Shown here in pieces: positions 8,885-18,965 of a DNA stretch of 48,769 nt (positions within the stretch are counted from its first letter, which is position 1; each line of letters begins with the position of its first letter). The notes below the pieces were generated by a model. It did no database searches. It was given only the letters and a program-made list of their open reading frames with translations, and was not told the DNA's origin. The stretch lies in UHGV virus genome UHGV-0110022. One strand, given 5' to 3'. A program made the position numbers and the translations under genes. Source of the DNA: a virus.

Positions 8885-9880
8885 GTGACCGTGAGAGCAC
8901 TACTGACCCCTGAAATTGCCCCGCGTATGGGGATCGTATTGTTCAGACCAGGTTCAGAGCTGATGCCCCTGTTTATGCAGGGGCGTGTCCTGCTGGAGCC
9001 TGAGCCAGAACGTTATTCATCTTTCGCCAGTGGTGCCGTTCCGGCGGCATCACAACCGCTGGCGGATGATCCTGCCGTTCGGGCCGTGTTCCGCAATGAG
9101 GCAGTGATCCGTCGTGCTGGTGGCGTGGAATGTCTTGAAAGCTGTTTACTTCGTGAAAAAGGCTGCCAGTGGCCTTATTCCGACTGGCACAGCGAGAACA
9201 TGACCACAATGCGACACGCGCCGGGCGCAATCCGTCTGTGCTGGCACTGCGATAACCAGCTGCGCGATCAGTTCACGGAACGGCTGGAATCAATGGCAAC
9301 GGATAACTGTGCCCGCTGGGTGTTGTCTGTTGTGCGTCGGGATCTCGGTTTTGATGACAGTCACGTTGTGACAATGCCGGAACTGTGCTGGTGGCTGATT
9401 CGTAATGATCTGGCGGATGCCTTACCGGAAAGTGCAGCCCGTAAGGCACTGAGATTACCGAAGCCTGTTGTGCCGTCTGTCACCCGGGAAAGTGACCTTG
9501 TGCCTTCGGTTCCTGCCACCAGCATCATCCAGGATAAGGCGAAAAAGGTGCTGGCGCTGAAAGTGGATCCGGAGTCGCCGGAGTCTTTTATGTTACGCCC
9601 AAAACGTCGCCGCTGGGTTAATGAAAAGTACACGCGCTGGGTTAAGACACAGCCGTGTGCATGTTGTGGAAAGCCCGCTGATGATCCCCACCACCTGATA
9701 GGTCACGGTCAGAGGGGAATGGGTACAAAAGCGCATGACCTCTTTGTGTTGCCTTTGTGCAGAAAGCATCACGACGAGCTGCATGCGGATACCGTGGCAT
9801 TTGAAGAGAAGTATGGCTCCCAGCTGGAGCTGATATTTCGTTTTATCGATCGTGCGCTGGCAATAGGAGTACTGGCGTAA
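8885..9880 (+). CDS. DUF968 (YdfU-like) prophage protein
   Basis: C-terminal Cys/His-rich region (CACCGKPADDPHH...HHDELH); sits directly upstream of Q as ydfU does in prophage Qin; GTG start. Confidence 0.55.
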   Translation: MTVRALLTPEIAPRMGIVLFRPGSELMPLFMQGRVLLEPEPERYSSFASGAVPAASQPLADDPAVRAVFRNEAVIRRAGGVECLESCLLREKGCQWPYSDWHSENMTTMRHAPGAIRLCWHCDNQLRDQFTERLESMATDNCARWVLSVVRRDLGFDDSHVVTMPELCWWLIRNDLADALPESAARKALRLPKPVVPSVTRESDLVPSVPATSIIQDKAKKVLALKVDPESPESFMLRPKRRRWVNEKYTRWVKTQPCACCGKPADDPHHLIGHGQRGMGTKAHDLFVLPLCRKHHDELHADTVAFEEKYGSQLELIFRFIDRALAIGVLA

Positions 9881-9893
9881 GTGGAGAACGAGC

Positions 9894-10646
9894 ATGAACC
9901 TTGAAGCTTTACCAAAATATTACTCCCCAAAATCTCCAAAATTGAGTGATGACGCACCGGCGACAGGCTCGGGTGGTTTAACAATTACAGATGTGATGGC
10001 TGCGCAGGGGATGGTGCAGTCGAAAGCACCGCTTGGGTTTGCCTTATTCCTGGCAAAAGTTGGTGTTCAGGATCCTCAGTTTGCGATTGAAGGTCTGCTC
10101 AATTACGCGATGGCACTGGATAACCCGACATTGAACAAATTGAGTGAAGAAACCCGGCTACAGATCATTCCTTACCTTGTGAATTTTGCCTTTGCTGATT
10201 ATTCCAGGTCTGCGGCAAGTAAGGCTCGCTGTGAGCGTTGTGCTGGTACTGGATTTCATAATGTATTGCGCGAAGTGGTGAAACACTCCAGAAGCGGGGA
10301 GTCTGTTATCAAAGAAGAGTGGGTGAAGGAACTATGTCAGCATTGTCATGGTAAGGGAGAAGTCAGCACAGCGTGCAGAGGGTGTAAGGGTAAAGGTATT
10401 GTCCTGGATGAAAAAAGAACCCGGCTTCATGGCACGCCTGTTTATAAGATTTGTGGGCGTTGCAATGGAAACCGGTTTAGCCGTTTACCAACCACACTGG
10501 CGCGGCTTCATGTCAAGAAGCTGGTACCAGACCTGACGGATTATCAGTGGTACAAAGGATATGCAGATGTCATTGATAAACTGATTACAAAGTGCTGGCA
10601 GGAAGAGGCATATGCTGAGATGCAATTGAGAAAAGTGACGAAATAA
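9894..10646 (+). CDS. late-gene antiterminator Q-like protein (250 aa) with four CxxCxGxG zinc-finger repeats
   Basis: Position immediately upstream of a late-promoter-like region and the lysis cassette; size matches QuuQ-type Q proteins. Confidence 0.55.
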   Translation: MNLEALPKYYSPKSPKLSDDAPATGSGGLTITDVMAAQGMVQSKAPLGFALFLAKVGVQDPQFAIEGLLNYAMALDNPTLNKLSEETRLQIIPYLVNFAFADYSRSAASKARCERCAGTGFHNVLREVVKHSRSGESVIKEEWVKELCQHCHGKGEVSTACRGCKGKGIVLDEKRTRLHGTPVYKICGRCNGNRFSRLPTTLARLHVKKLVPDLTDYQWYKGYADVIDKLITKCWQEEAYAEMQLRKVTK

Positions 10647-10677
10647 ATGATTTTCACCGAAGATGGCGACATGATGC

Positions 10678-10706
10678 TTGCATTTTTCAAAAAATCTGGT
10701 TAGGAT
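10678..10706 (+). promoter_or_regulatory. late promoter candidate (PR'-like)
   Basis: TTGCAT(10678-10683)-17 nt-TAGGAT(10701-10706) directly downstream of Q. Confidence 0.4.
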
Positions 10707-10754
10707 TTTTTCAATGATGGGCTTTGTCTGTTTACCATTAAATCGCCTAAGAAA

Positions 10755-10780
10755 TCCGCAATGATGCGGGTTTCTTGTTT
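10755..10780 (+). terminator. short hairpin plus T-rich tract (tR'-like)
   Basis: CCGCA-atga-TGCGG followed by GTTTCTTGTTT. Confidence 0.35.
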
Positions 10781-10791
10781 GTAGCAAGTGC

Positions 10792-12045
10792 ATGATGATA
10801 TTGTTTATGCAGGTTGTTACATGTATGGGCGGAAAAATGGATATCTTTGAGTCGTTTAAAGCAGAGAAGCAGAAAAACCATAAAGTTAATATTTACTATA
10901 CTCCTTCGAAACCAGTTTCTTCACCTTCGAATTTGAGAGGGAGGAATGAAGAAATACAGAAGATTTTAGCAGCATTAACAACCCCTGGTCGCCATTGTAT
11001 GATCTATGGTGATCGTGGTATCGGCAAAAGTTCCCTTGCTCTATCTACTCTTGAGGGAGGAAAAGAGCATGAGATTTTACCAGAAATAGTTTTTCAATAT
11101 CGCTGTATAAAAAATACAACGTTTAAAGACATTATTGAAAAAGCTGCTATTTTTATCGATGAAGCCTATAAACATGATAAAGTTGAAACTACTAAGAAGT
11201 ATGGTGCTAGAGCTCGTTTTTTAGATTTATTCAGCTTGGAAGGCTCTAGGGAAGAAAAAATTACTATTGAAAAAGAAGAGTTGACGGCAAATAAAGCTGC
11301 TTCTGTTTTACATCACCTCGAGTCTGTACTTCTTATTGATGAATTTGATGTTGTCAAAGAAGAAGTAAAGCATGAAGTAGCAGAGTTTGTAAAGCAACTT
11401 AGCGATGCTGGAAGTCCATTTAAAGTTTTGATAGTTGGCATAGGTTCTGATGGTGCAGCTTTAATGGCTGGGCATCAGTCAGTAATACGTTGTATGCATG
11501 AAATAAAGTTGCCGCGTGTTGAAGATAAATATCTATCAGAGATAATCGAAAGCGGTGAAAATGGATTGGGTTTGACTTTTTCGCAGCCAATAAAAAAATC
11601 TATTATCGAGATTAGCAGCGGATTCCCTTATTTTACTCATTTATTATGTAAGGAATGTGCAGAAGAGGCTATCCGCCAGTCAAAAACTATTATTGATAGA
11701 AGTATTTTTGAACAAGCCTTGATCGTTGCAGTGAAAAATACTGAAGGTCAATTAAAACGTTGTTACGATCTCGCCGTAACATCTTCTAGAACCGACATGT
11801 ATCCCAAGATCCTTTTATCTGCGGCAAAATTTAAAAATGAACAATTTAGCGTCAAAAATTGGATAGAGCAAATTGCTGAAGATCATGGCTTAGAGCTTAC
11901 ATATGGAAGTATGAATAATTATACTGGTAAGTTAATAAAAGCTGAGCGAGGAGAAATTCTTCAGTTAGTTAGAAGAGGGGTATATAAAATCACGGATCCA
12001 AGAATGCCAAGTTATATTCTTATGTGCCACAATGCGATCCCTTAA
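10792..12045 (+). CDS. stand-alone AAA+-type P-loop ATPase (cargo gene)
   Basis: Walker A GDRGIGKSS, Walker B LLIDEFD; strongly AT-rich relative to flanks; start uncertain (ATG at 10792, 10825 or 10837). Confidence 0.6.
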   Translation: MMILFMQVVTCMGGKMDIFESFKAEKQKNHKVNIYYTPSKPVSSPSNLRGRNEEIQKILAALTTPGRHCMIYGDRGIGKSSLALSTLEGGKEHEILPEIVFQYRCIKNTTFKDIIEKAAIFIDEAYKHDKVETTKKYGARARFLDLFSLEGSREEKITIEKEELTANKAASVLHHLESVLLIDEFDVVKEEVKHEVAEFVKQLSDAGSPFKVLIVGIGSDGAALMAGHQSVIRCMHEIKLPRVEDKYLSEIIESGENGLGLTFSQPIKKSIIEISSGFPYFTHLLCKECAEEAIRQSKTIIDRSIFEQALIVAVKNTEGQLKRCYDLAVTSSRTDMYPKILLSAAKFKNEQFSVKNWIEQIAEDHGLELTYGSMNNYTGKLIKAERGEILQLVRRGVYKITDPRMPSYILMCHNAIP

Positions 12046-12085
12046 TTTTCTATTCATAATCACAAATATTTAATTATTCTTTTAA

Positions 12086-12112
12086 ACAGGCTCCCTTTAG
12101 GGGCCTGTTTTT
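12086..12112 (+). terminator. rho-independent terminator after the ATPase gene
   Basis: ACAGGCTCCC-ttta-GGGGCCTGT hairpin followed by TTTTT. Confidence 0.6.
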
Positions 12113-12211
12113 ACTTATATGGGTGGTATTGTTTCTATGACTAGTTAGCAAATCCTCCATTAAATATTTTACTTTCATTATATGTCCTGACTTTCTGTAG
12201 GCGGCGAAACC

Positions 12212-12529
12212 GTGGCTATTCATATGCACGAAAAAGAGAGCCTTGCCGGAGCGTTCTGGCTCGTTTTGCTGATCATCGCAGGTTGGGGCGGTCTGGTCCG
12301 CTACCTGATAGATGTGAAGCAGAGTAAAGCAACGTGGAGTTGGATAAATGCTCTGGCTCAGATAGTGGTATCAGGATTCACCGGTGTTATTGGTGGCCTG
12401 ATCAGCATCGAAAGTGGATTCAGTATTTACATGATTCTCGCGACAGCGGGGATTAGTGGTGCAATGGGTTCGGTTGCACTGACGTACTTCTGGGAACGAC
12501 TGACAGGGGTGAAAAATGCAAAATCTTAA
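12212..12529 (+). CDS. holin (lambda S-like, class I, possible dual start)
   Basis: Three hydrophobic segments, charged C-terminus, directly upstream of endolysin; GTG 12212 and ATG 12224 four codons apart. Confidence 0.7.
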   Translation: MAIHMHEKESLAGAFWLVLLIIAGWGGLVRYLIDVKQSKATWSWINALAQIVVSGFTGVIGGLISIESGFSIYMILATAGISGAMGSVALTYFWERLTGVKNAKS

Positions 12530-12992
12530 TCCTCAGCGTAAAGCTTTCCTCGATATGGTGGCATGGTCAGAAGGAACGGATAACGGACGGCAGAAAACCA
12601 GAAATCATGGTTATGACGTCATTGTAGGCGGAGAGCTATTTACTGATTACTCCGATCACCCTCGCAAACTTGTCACGCTAAACCCAAAACTCAAATCAAC
12701 AGCAGCCGGGCGCTACCAGCTTCTTTCCCGTTGGTGGGATTCCTATCGTAAGCAGCTTGGCCTGAAAGACTTCTCTCCGAAAAGCCAGGACGCTGTGGCA
12801 TTGCAGCAGATTAAAGAGCGTGGCGCTTTACCGATGATTGATCGCGGTGATATCCGTCAGGCTATCGATCGTTGCAGCAATATCTGGGCGTCGTTACCTG
12901 GTGCAGGTTACGGTCAGTATGAACATAAAATTGGCGACCTGATTTCCCGGTTTAAAGAGGCTGGTGGGGTAGTAAATGAAGCTGAGATATAA
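12516..12992 (+). CDS. R: endolysin, lytic transglycosylase (lambda R)
   Basis: Near-identical to lambda R as recalled (QRKAFLDMVAWSEGTDNGRQKTRNHGYDVIVGGELFTDYSDHPRKLVTLNPKLKST). Confidence 0.9.
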   Translation: MQNLNPQRKAFLDMVAWSEGTDNGRQKTRNHGYDVIVGGELFTDYSDHPRKLVTLNPKLKSTAAGRYQLLSRWWDSYRKQLGLKDFSPKSQDAVALQQIKERGALPMIDRGDIRQAIDRCSNIWASLPGAGYGQYEHKIGDLISRFKEAGGVVNEAEI

Positions 12993-13368
12993 GCTGGTTA
13001 TTGTTGCCTTCTTTGTTACCGTCATTGGTTCCTTCATCTGGTCTGCCGGGCATTACTACAGCAAATATCTGCACGAAAAGGAGCGTGTTGATGAGGCTAT
13101 ACGAAATGCTGAATCAGCAACTGCCATTACCCGTAACGTTCTGCAATCACTGCAAATCATCAATACAGTTATAGAGGCTAACCAGCATGCAAAACAGCAG
13201 ATTGCACTGGAGTCACAGAGAACCCAGGAAGATATCAAAGTGGCTGTTGCGGATGATGATTGTGCTTCACGTCCTGTGCCTGCTGCCGCTGCTGACCGGT
13301 TGCGGAAGTACGCGGACAGTTTACGTGAACACTCCGGCGGTACCACTGCCAGCCAGCCTGACTTCTGA
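12976..13368 (+). CDS. Rz: i-spanin (Rz-like)
   Basis: N-terminal TM helix then coiled-coil-like region; directly after R. Confidence 0.65.
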   Translation: MKLRYKLVIVAFFVTVIGSFIWSAGHYYSKYLHEKERVDEAIRNAESATAITRNVLQSLQIINTVIEANQHAKQQIALESQRTQEDIKVAVADDDCASRPVPAAAADRLRKYADSLREHSGGTTASQPDF

Positions 13369-13504
13369 AACACCGATTCCAGTTGTACCTAGTCCACTGA
13401 CATATGGTGCTAGCCTGGAACTGAATGCGAGTTTGTTATCTGCATTAGCGCAATGCAATAGAGATAAAAAGGATATTCTAAAAATAGGATATCAAAATGA
13501 ATAA
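13253..13504 (+). CDS. Rz1: o-spanin lipoprotein (Rz1-like), +1 frame overlapping and extending beyond Rz
   Basis: Signal peptide with lipobox LLTGC, proline-rich mature part; begins inside Rz in another frame. Confidence 0.55.
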   Translation: MMIVLHVLCLLPLLTGCGSTRTVYVNTPAVPLPASLTSETPIPVVPSPLTYGASLELNASLLSALAQCNRDKKDILKIGYQNE

Positions 13505-13570
13505 ATATTTTCCGGAAAATGATTGTAACTGTGCTATAAATATAATCATCAAATAATATAAAGGTGAGTT

Positions 13571-14080
13571 ATGGAAAGGTTTATAAAATCAATTGAATCT
13601 TCAATTGAAAGTGAGAATTGGTTAGCGGCATTGTTTATGGCTCTTGCTATGCCTGATATTTGCAGGAGCGTTGAACGTCCCAAAATAGGTAAGGGTGAAA
13701 CAGGGAAATGGTATAAAGATTGGGTTTCTCGTTATCTTGAAAATAAATATACATCCGGTACACATGAACAGTGTCGATTTTATGCGGATGATTTTTGGCT
13801 GTATCGTTGTTCTTGTTTACATGCTGGACAGGATCCAGAGAACAGGAAAAGAATGATGCAGTTTAATTTTACACCACCACCTAGGCCAAATTGCCAAGTG
13901 CATTTAAATCACTTAAATGGCAAACTTCAGTTGCAAATAGATGTGTTTTGTCGAGATATGATTGAGGCAGTCAATCAATGGCGTACTGAGGTCGAGGATA
14001 CGCCAGAAATTAAGGCTCGTATGGATTCTCTGATAAATATATCATTAGCATCTTTTGGAACATTCATTGTATTTGGTTAA
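13571..14080 (+). CDS. hypothetical protein (169 aa), AT-rich cargo gene
   Basis: AAGGTGAG RBS; AT-rich; inserted between spanins and HNH; no recognisable motif. Confidence 0.55.
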   Translation: MERFIKSIESSIESENWLAALFMALAMPDICRSVERPKIGKGETGKWYKDWVSRYLENKYTSGTHEQCRFYADDFWLYRCSCLHAGQDPENRKRMMQFNFTPPPRPNCQVHLNHLNGKLQLQIDVFCRDMIEAVNQWRTEVEDTPEIKARMDSLINISLASFGTFIVFG

Positions 14081-14187
14081 ATATTAATGAAGTGAATTTT
14101 ACAGTGGGTACTAAAAGGTTCACTTCATTTAATGATTTCCCTAACACAAATTAGTTTTTAGAGAGGAAACTATTTAGGACATTAATA

Positions 14188-14538
14188 ATGCCCCCTCGAA
14201 CCCCAAAAGCCTGCCGTGTTCGCGGCTGCCGCTCTACAACCACAGACCCGTCAGGCTACTGCGAAAGCCACAAAAGCGAAGGCTGGAAGCAATACAAACC
14301 AGGACAATCCCGTCATCAGCGCGGCTACGGTTCGAAGTGGGACAGTATCCGCGCGCGTGTCCTGAAGCGTGACAAAGGCCTGTGTCAGTTATGTCTGCGC
14401 GCTGGTGTGGTGCGTGAGGCGAAAACTGTTGACCACATCATCCCTAAAGCGCATGGCGGCACTGATGCCGACTGTAATCTGCAGAGTCTGTGCTGGCCGT
14501 GTCATAAGGCGAAGACGGCCCGTGAACGGTTTAAGTGA
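14188..14538 (+). CDS. HNH endonuclease (terminase-associated)
   Basis: HNH motif (VDHIIPKAHGGTDADCNLQSLCWPCHKAKT); adjacent to small terminase. Confidence 0.85.
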   Translation: MPPRTPKACRVRGCRSTTTDPSGYCESHKSEGWKQYKPGQSRHQRGYGSKWDSIRARVLKRDKGLCQLCLRAGVVREAKTVDHIIPKAHGGTDADCNLQSLCWPCHKAKTARERFK

Positions 14539-14564
14539 TAATAATTCTCAACTGTCTGAGGGGA

Positions 14565-14626
14565 GGGGCGGGTCAAATCTCTGCGGCCTGACGTCTTCCG
14601 GACTGCCCGCCCCATCGTTTTTTTAT
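14565..14626 (+). terminator. long stem-loop plus T8 tract between HNH and terminase (terminator-like, possibly cos-proximal)
   Basis: GGGGCGGG(14565-14572)...CCCGCCCC(14606-14613) followed by TTTTTTTT. Confidence 0.35.
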
Positions 14627-14663
14627 ACCCGCGAAAAATGAAATTTAACCAGGAGTGCCGCAT

Positions 14664-15158
14664 ATGGCTGGAACGGCGGGGCGTTCCGGGCGTCGCCCCA
14701 AGCCAACGGCGCGCAAGGCGCTGGCCGGAAACCCCGGCAAGCGAGCCCTGAATAAAGATGAACCTGTTTTTACGCCCATCAAAGGTGTTGAGCCACCGGA
14801 GTGGTTCGCAGAAGAAAATCTCCCTCTCGCCACGATCATGTGGCAACTGACAACCAAAGAACTCTGCGGTCAGGGCCTGTTGTGCGTGACTGACCTCGCG
14901 GTGCTTGAGCGGTGGTGCGTGGCCTATGAGTTCTGGCGACGTGCCGTGAAAAATATTGCCATACAGGGCAACACCATCACCGGTGCAATGGGCGGCAGGG
15001 TCAAAAATCCGGAGCTGACCGCCAAAAAAGAACAGGAGTCCGAGATGAGCAGCACGGGGGCAATGCTCGGACTCGACCCCAGCAGCCGCCAGCGTCTGAT
15101 TGGCCTGGCGGGGCAGAAGAAAGCCACTAACCCGTTTCTGAAAATCATCGAGTCATGA
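14664..15158 (+). CDS. terminase small subunit (P27 family)
   Basis: AGGAG RBS 8 nt before ATG 14664; basic N-terminus; precedes large terminase. Confidence 0.8.
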   Translation: MAGTAGRSGRRPKPTARKALAGNPGKRALNKDEPVFTPIKGVEPPEWFAEENLPLATIMWQLTTKELCGQGLLCVTDLAVLERWCVAYEFWRRAVKNIAIQGNTITGAMGGRVKNPELTAKKEQESEMSSTGAMLGLDPSSRQRLIGLAGQKKATNPFLKIIES

Positions 15159-16888
15159 GCCGGAAATCTTACCCCAACGTAAATGCTGCCAATCAGTATG
15201 CCCGTGATGTTGTGCGCGGAAAGATTGTGGCCTGCCAGTTTGTGATTCAGGCCTGCCAGCGCCATCTTGATGACCTGATGGCGGAAAAAAGTAAGTCGTT
15301 TCGTTACCGCTTCGACAAGGACCTGGCTGAACGGGCCGCCAAATTTATTCAGCTGTTGCCGCACACCAAGGGTGAGTGGGCATTCAAGAGGATGCCCATC
15401 ACGCTGGAGCCGTGGCAGCTATTTGTGGTCTGCTGTGCGTTTGGCTGGGTCAATAAAGGGTCCCGGCTGCGCCGCTTCCGGGAGGTGTATACCGAAATCC
15501 CCCGTAAGAACGGCAAATCGGCAATCTCTGCCGGTGTTGCCCTGTATTGTTTTGCCTGTGATAACGAGTTTGGCGCGGAAGTGTATTCCGGTGCCACGAC
15601 AGAGAAACAGGCGTGGGAAGTCTTTCGCCCGGCGCGACTGATGTGTAAACGCACACCCATGCTGACGGAAGCGTTCGGGATTGAGGTTAACGCCTCAAAC
15701 ATGAATCGTCCGGAGGATGGCGCGCGGTTTGAACCGCTGATCGGTAACCCCGGTGATGGTTCATCACCCCACTGTGCGGTGGTGGATGAATATCACGAGC
15801 ACGCCACCGATGCGCTTTACACCACGATGCTTACCGGGATGGGGGCGCGACGTCAGCCACTGATGTGGGCCATTACTACTGCCGGGTACAACATTGAGGG
15901 GCCGTGCTACGACAAGCGACGGGAAGTTATCGAGATGCTCAACGGGTCGGTACCCAACGATGAACTGTTCGGGATCATCTATACCGTTGACGAAGGCGAT
16001 GACTGGACCGACCCGCAGGTGCTGGAAAAAGCTAACCCGAATATTGGCGTGTCGGTTTATCGCGAATTTTTGTTAAGTCAGCAGCAGCGTGCGAAAAATA
16101 ACGCCCGTCTGGCAAACGTCTTTAAAACAAAACACCTCAATATCTGGGTGTCGGCGCGTTCGGCGTATTTCAACCTGGTGAGCTGGCAGAGCTGCGAGGA
16201 TAAATCACTGACCCTTGAGCAGTTCGAGGGGCAGCCGTGCATTCTGGCCTTTGACCTGGCCCGTAAGCTGGATATGAACAGCATGGCGCGACTTTATACC
16301 CGCGAGATTGACGGTAAAACGCATTACTACAGTGTGGCCCCGCGTTTCTGGGTACCGTATGACACGGTGTACAGCGTCGAGAAAAATGAAGATCGCCGGA
16401 CAGCCGAACGCTTTCAGAAATGGGTGGAAATGGGCGTCCTGACCGTTACCGATGGTGCAGAGGTGGATTATCGCTACATCCTCGAAGAGGCCAAAGCGGC
16501 GAACAAAATCAGCCCGGTCAGCGAGTCACCCATCGACCCCTTCGGGGCGACCGGGCTGTCACATGACCTTGCTGATGAAGACCTGAATCCCATCACCATC
16601 ATTCAGAACTACACCAACATGTCCGACCCGATGAAAGAGCTGGAAGCGGCAATTGAATCGGGGCGCTTTCATCATGATGGCAATCCCATCATGACCTGGT
16701 GTATCGGCAACGTGGTCGGCAAAACCATTCCGGGTAACGATGATGTGGTGAAGCCCGTCAAAGAGCAGGCGGAAAACAAAATCGATGGTGCAGTTGCGCT
16801 GATTATGGCGGTTGGCAGAGCCATGCTGTACGAGAAAGAAGACACGCTGTCTGACCACATTGAGTCCTATGGGATCCGCTCGCTTTAA
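15155..16888 (+). CDS. terminase large subunit
   Basis: 577 aa with ATPase and nuclease regions; ATGA overlap with small subunit. Confidence 0.9.
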
Positions 16889-16899
16889 CTGAGGTAATT

Positions 16900-17082
16900 A
16901 TGATCATGCTGATTCTCGCGCCTCTGGTGGGCGTGCTGGGGGCGCTTTTGCTGGCGTATGGTGCCTGGCTGATTTATCCCCCGGCGGGGTTTGTTGTTGC
17001 CGGGGCGTTGTGCCTGTTCTGGTCGTGGCTGGTGGCGCGATATCTCGACCGTACACAGTCGTCTGTCGGCGGAGGTAAATAG
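16900..17082 (+). CDS. small hydrophobic protein (60 aa) between terminase and portal
   Basis: GAGG RBS; two predicted TM segments. Confidence 0.4.
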
Positions 17083-18323
17083 TGTTCTTTTCGGGATTAT
17101 TTCAACGAAAAAGTGACGCACCGGTGACCACGCCAGCAGAGCTGGCGGATGCTATCGGGTTGTCCTACGACACCTATACCGGAAAGCAGATCAGCAGCCA
17201 GCGGGCCATGCGACTGACGGCGGTTTTTTCCTGTGTCAGGGTGCTGGCGGAGTCGGTCGGGATGTTGCCCTGCAACCTGTATCACCTGAACGGCAGCCTG
17301 AAGCAGAGAGCCACTGGCGAACGTCTGCATAAGCTGATCTCCACGCATCCCAATGGCTATATGACGCCGCAGGAGTTCTGGGAGCTGGTGGTCACCTGTC
17401 TGTGCCTGCGGGGAAACTTTTACGCCTACAAAGTGAAAGCATTTGGCGAAGTGGCTGAACTGCTGCCCGTCGATCCCGGCAGTGTGGTACCGAAGCTTAA
17501 CAGTAGCTGGGAGCCGGTCTATCAGGTCACATTCCCGGATGGCTCCACGGATGTACTGAGCCAGGAGGATATCTGGCATGTGCGCACGCTGACGCTGGAC
17601 GGACTGGTGGGGCTGAATCCCATCGCCTATGCCCGCGAGGCAATATCGCTGGCGGCAGCGACCGAAGAGCACGGGGCCAGACTGTTCAGCAATGGCGCGG
17701 TGACGTCGGGTGTGTTGCGTACAGAGCAGACGCTGTCAGATCAGGCTTATGAGCGCCTGAAGAAAGATTTTGAGGAGCGTCACACCGGGCTTGGCAATGC
17801 TCACCGCCCGATGATCCTTGAGATGGGGCTGGACTGGAAGTCGATGGCGCTGAACGCCGAGGACAGCCAGTTCCTGGAAACCCGCAAGTTTCAGCTTGAA
17901 GAAATCTGTCGTCTGTTCCGGGTGCCGTTGCACATGGTGCAGAACACCGATCGCGCCACCTTCAACAATATCGAAGAGCTGGGGCTGGGATTTATCAACT
18001 ATTCACTGGTGCCGTATCTGACCCGCATCGAACAGCGGATCAACACCGGACTGGTACGAAAAAGTAAGCAGGGCGTTTATTACGCCAAATTTAACGCCGG
18101 GGCGTTACTGCGCGGGGATATGAAGTCCCGTTTTGAAGCCTACGCCACCGGGATCAACTGGGGAATTTACTCTCCCAATGACTGCCGCGACCTGGAAGAT
18201 ATGAATCCGCGTCCCGGTGGTGATGTCTATCTCACACCGATGAACATGACCACGAAACCCTCCGATGGTAGTAAAGCCGGTAAGCAGAAGGATAACTCCA
18301 ATGCAGACGAAACAACGTCTTGA
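17082..18323 (+). CDS. portal protein (HK97 family)
   Basis: GGAGG RBS 6 nt before GTG start; size and position. Confidence 0.85.
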   Translation: MFFSGLFQRKSDAPVTTPAELADAIGLSYDTYTGKQISSQRAMRLTAVFSCVRVLAESVGMLPCNLYHLNGSLKQRATGERLHKLISTHPNGYMTPQEFWELVVTCLCLRGNFYAYKVKAFGEVAELLPVDPGSVVPKLNSSWEPVYQVTFPDGSTDVLSQEDIWHVRTLTLDGLVGLNPIAYAREAISLAAATEEHGARLFSNGAVTSGVLRTEQTLSDQAYERLKKDFEERHTGLGNAHRPMILEMGLDWKSMALNAEDSQFLETRKFQLEEICRLFRVPLHMVQNTDRATFNNIEELGLGFINYSLVPYLTRIEQRINTGLVRKSKQGVYYAKFNAGALLRGDMKSRFEAYATGINWGIYSPNDCRDLEDMNPRPGGDVYLTPMNMTTKPSDGSKAGKQKDNSNADETTS

Positions 18324-18951
18324 TGTACCGCTGAGTCTGAAATCTGTCAGTGACTCCGGTGAGTTTGAAGGGTATGGCTCCGTCTTTGGTGTAAAGGACA
18401 GCCACGATGATGTGGTGATGTCCGGGGCATTTGCTGCTTCCCTGCGGGCGTGGAGTGACAGAAAAGCGTTACCTGCGCTGCTCTGGCAGCACCGCATGGA
18501 TGAACCCATCGGTGTTTACACCGAAATGAAGGAAGACGATGTCGGGCTTTACGTCAGGGGACGGTTGCTTATTGATGATGATCCCCTCGCAAAACGCGCA
18601 CATGCACACATGAAGGCCGGTTCGTTAACCGGCCTTTCTATTGGGTACGTCCTGAAAGACTGGGAATACGACCGGAGCAAAGAAGCCTTTCTGCTGAAAG
18701 AAATCGACCTCTGGGAAGTCAGCCTGGTGACGTTCCCGTCTAACGACGAGGCGCGGATCAGCGACGTCAAGAACGCACTGGCCCGCGGGGAAATCCCCGA
18801 ACAGAAAAAAATCGAAAGAGTCCTGCGTGATGTCGGACTCTCCCGTACCCAGGCCAAAGCATTCATGGCCGGGGGCTATGGCGCACTGTCCCTGCGCGAC
18901 GCTGAGGATGTGGGCTCTGCACTGAATGCACTGAAAAATCTGAACTTCTAA
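18301..18951 (+). CDS. prohead protease (HK97 family)
   Basis: AAGGA RBS before ATG 18301; between portal and major capsid. Confidence 0.8.
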   Translation: MQTKQRLDVPLSLKSVSDSGEFEGYGSVFGVKDSHDDVVMSGAFAASLRAWSDRKALPALLWQHRMDEPIGVYTEMKEDDVGLYVRGRLLIDDDPLAKRAHAHMKAGSLTGLSIGYVLKDWEYDRSKEAFLLKEIDLWEVSLVTFPSNDEARISDVKNALARGEIPEQKKIERVLRDVGLSRTQAKAFMAGGYGALSLRDAEDVGSALNALKNLNF

Positions 18952-18965
18952 TCAGGAGAAATACG

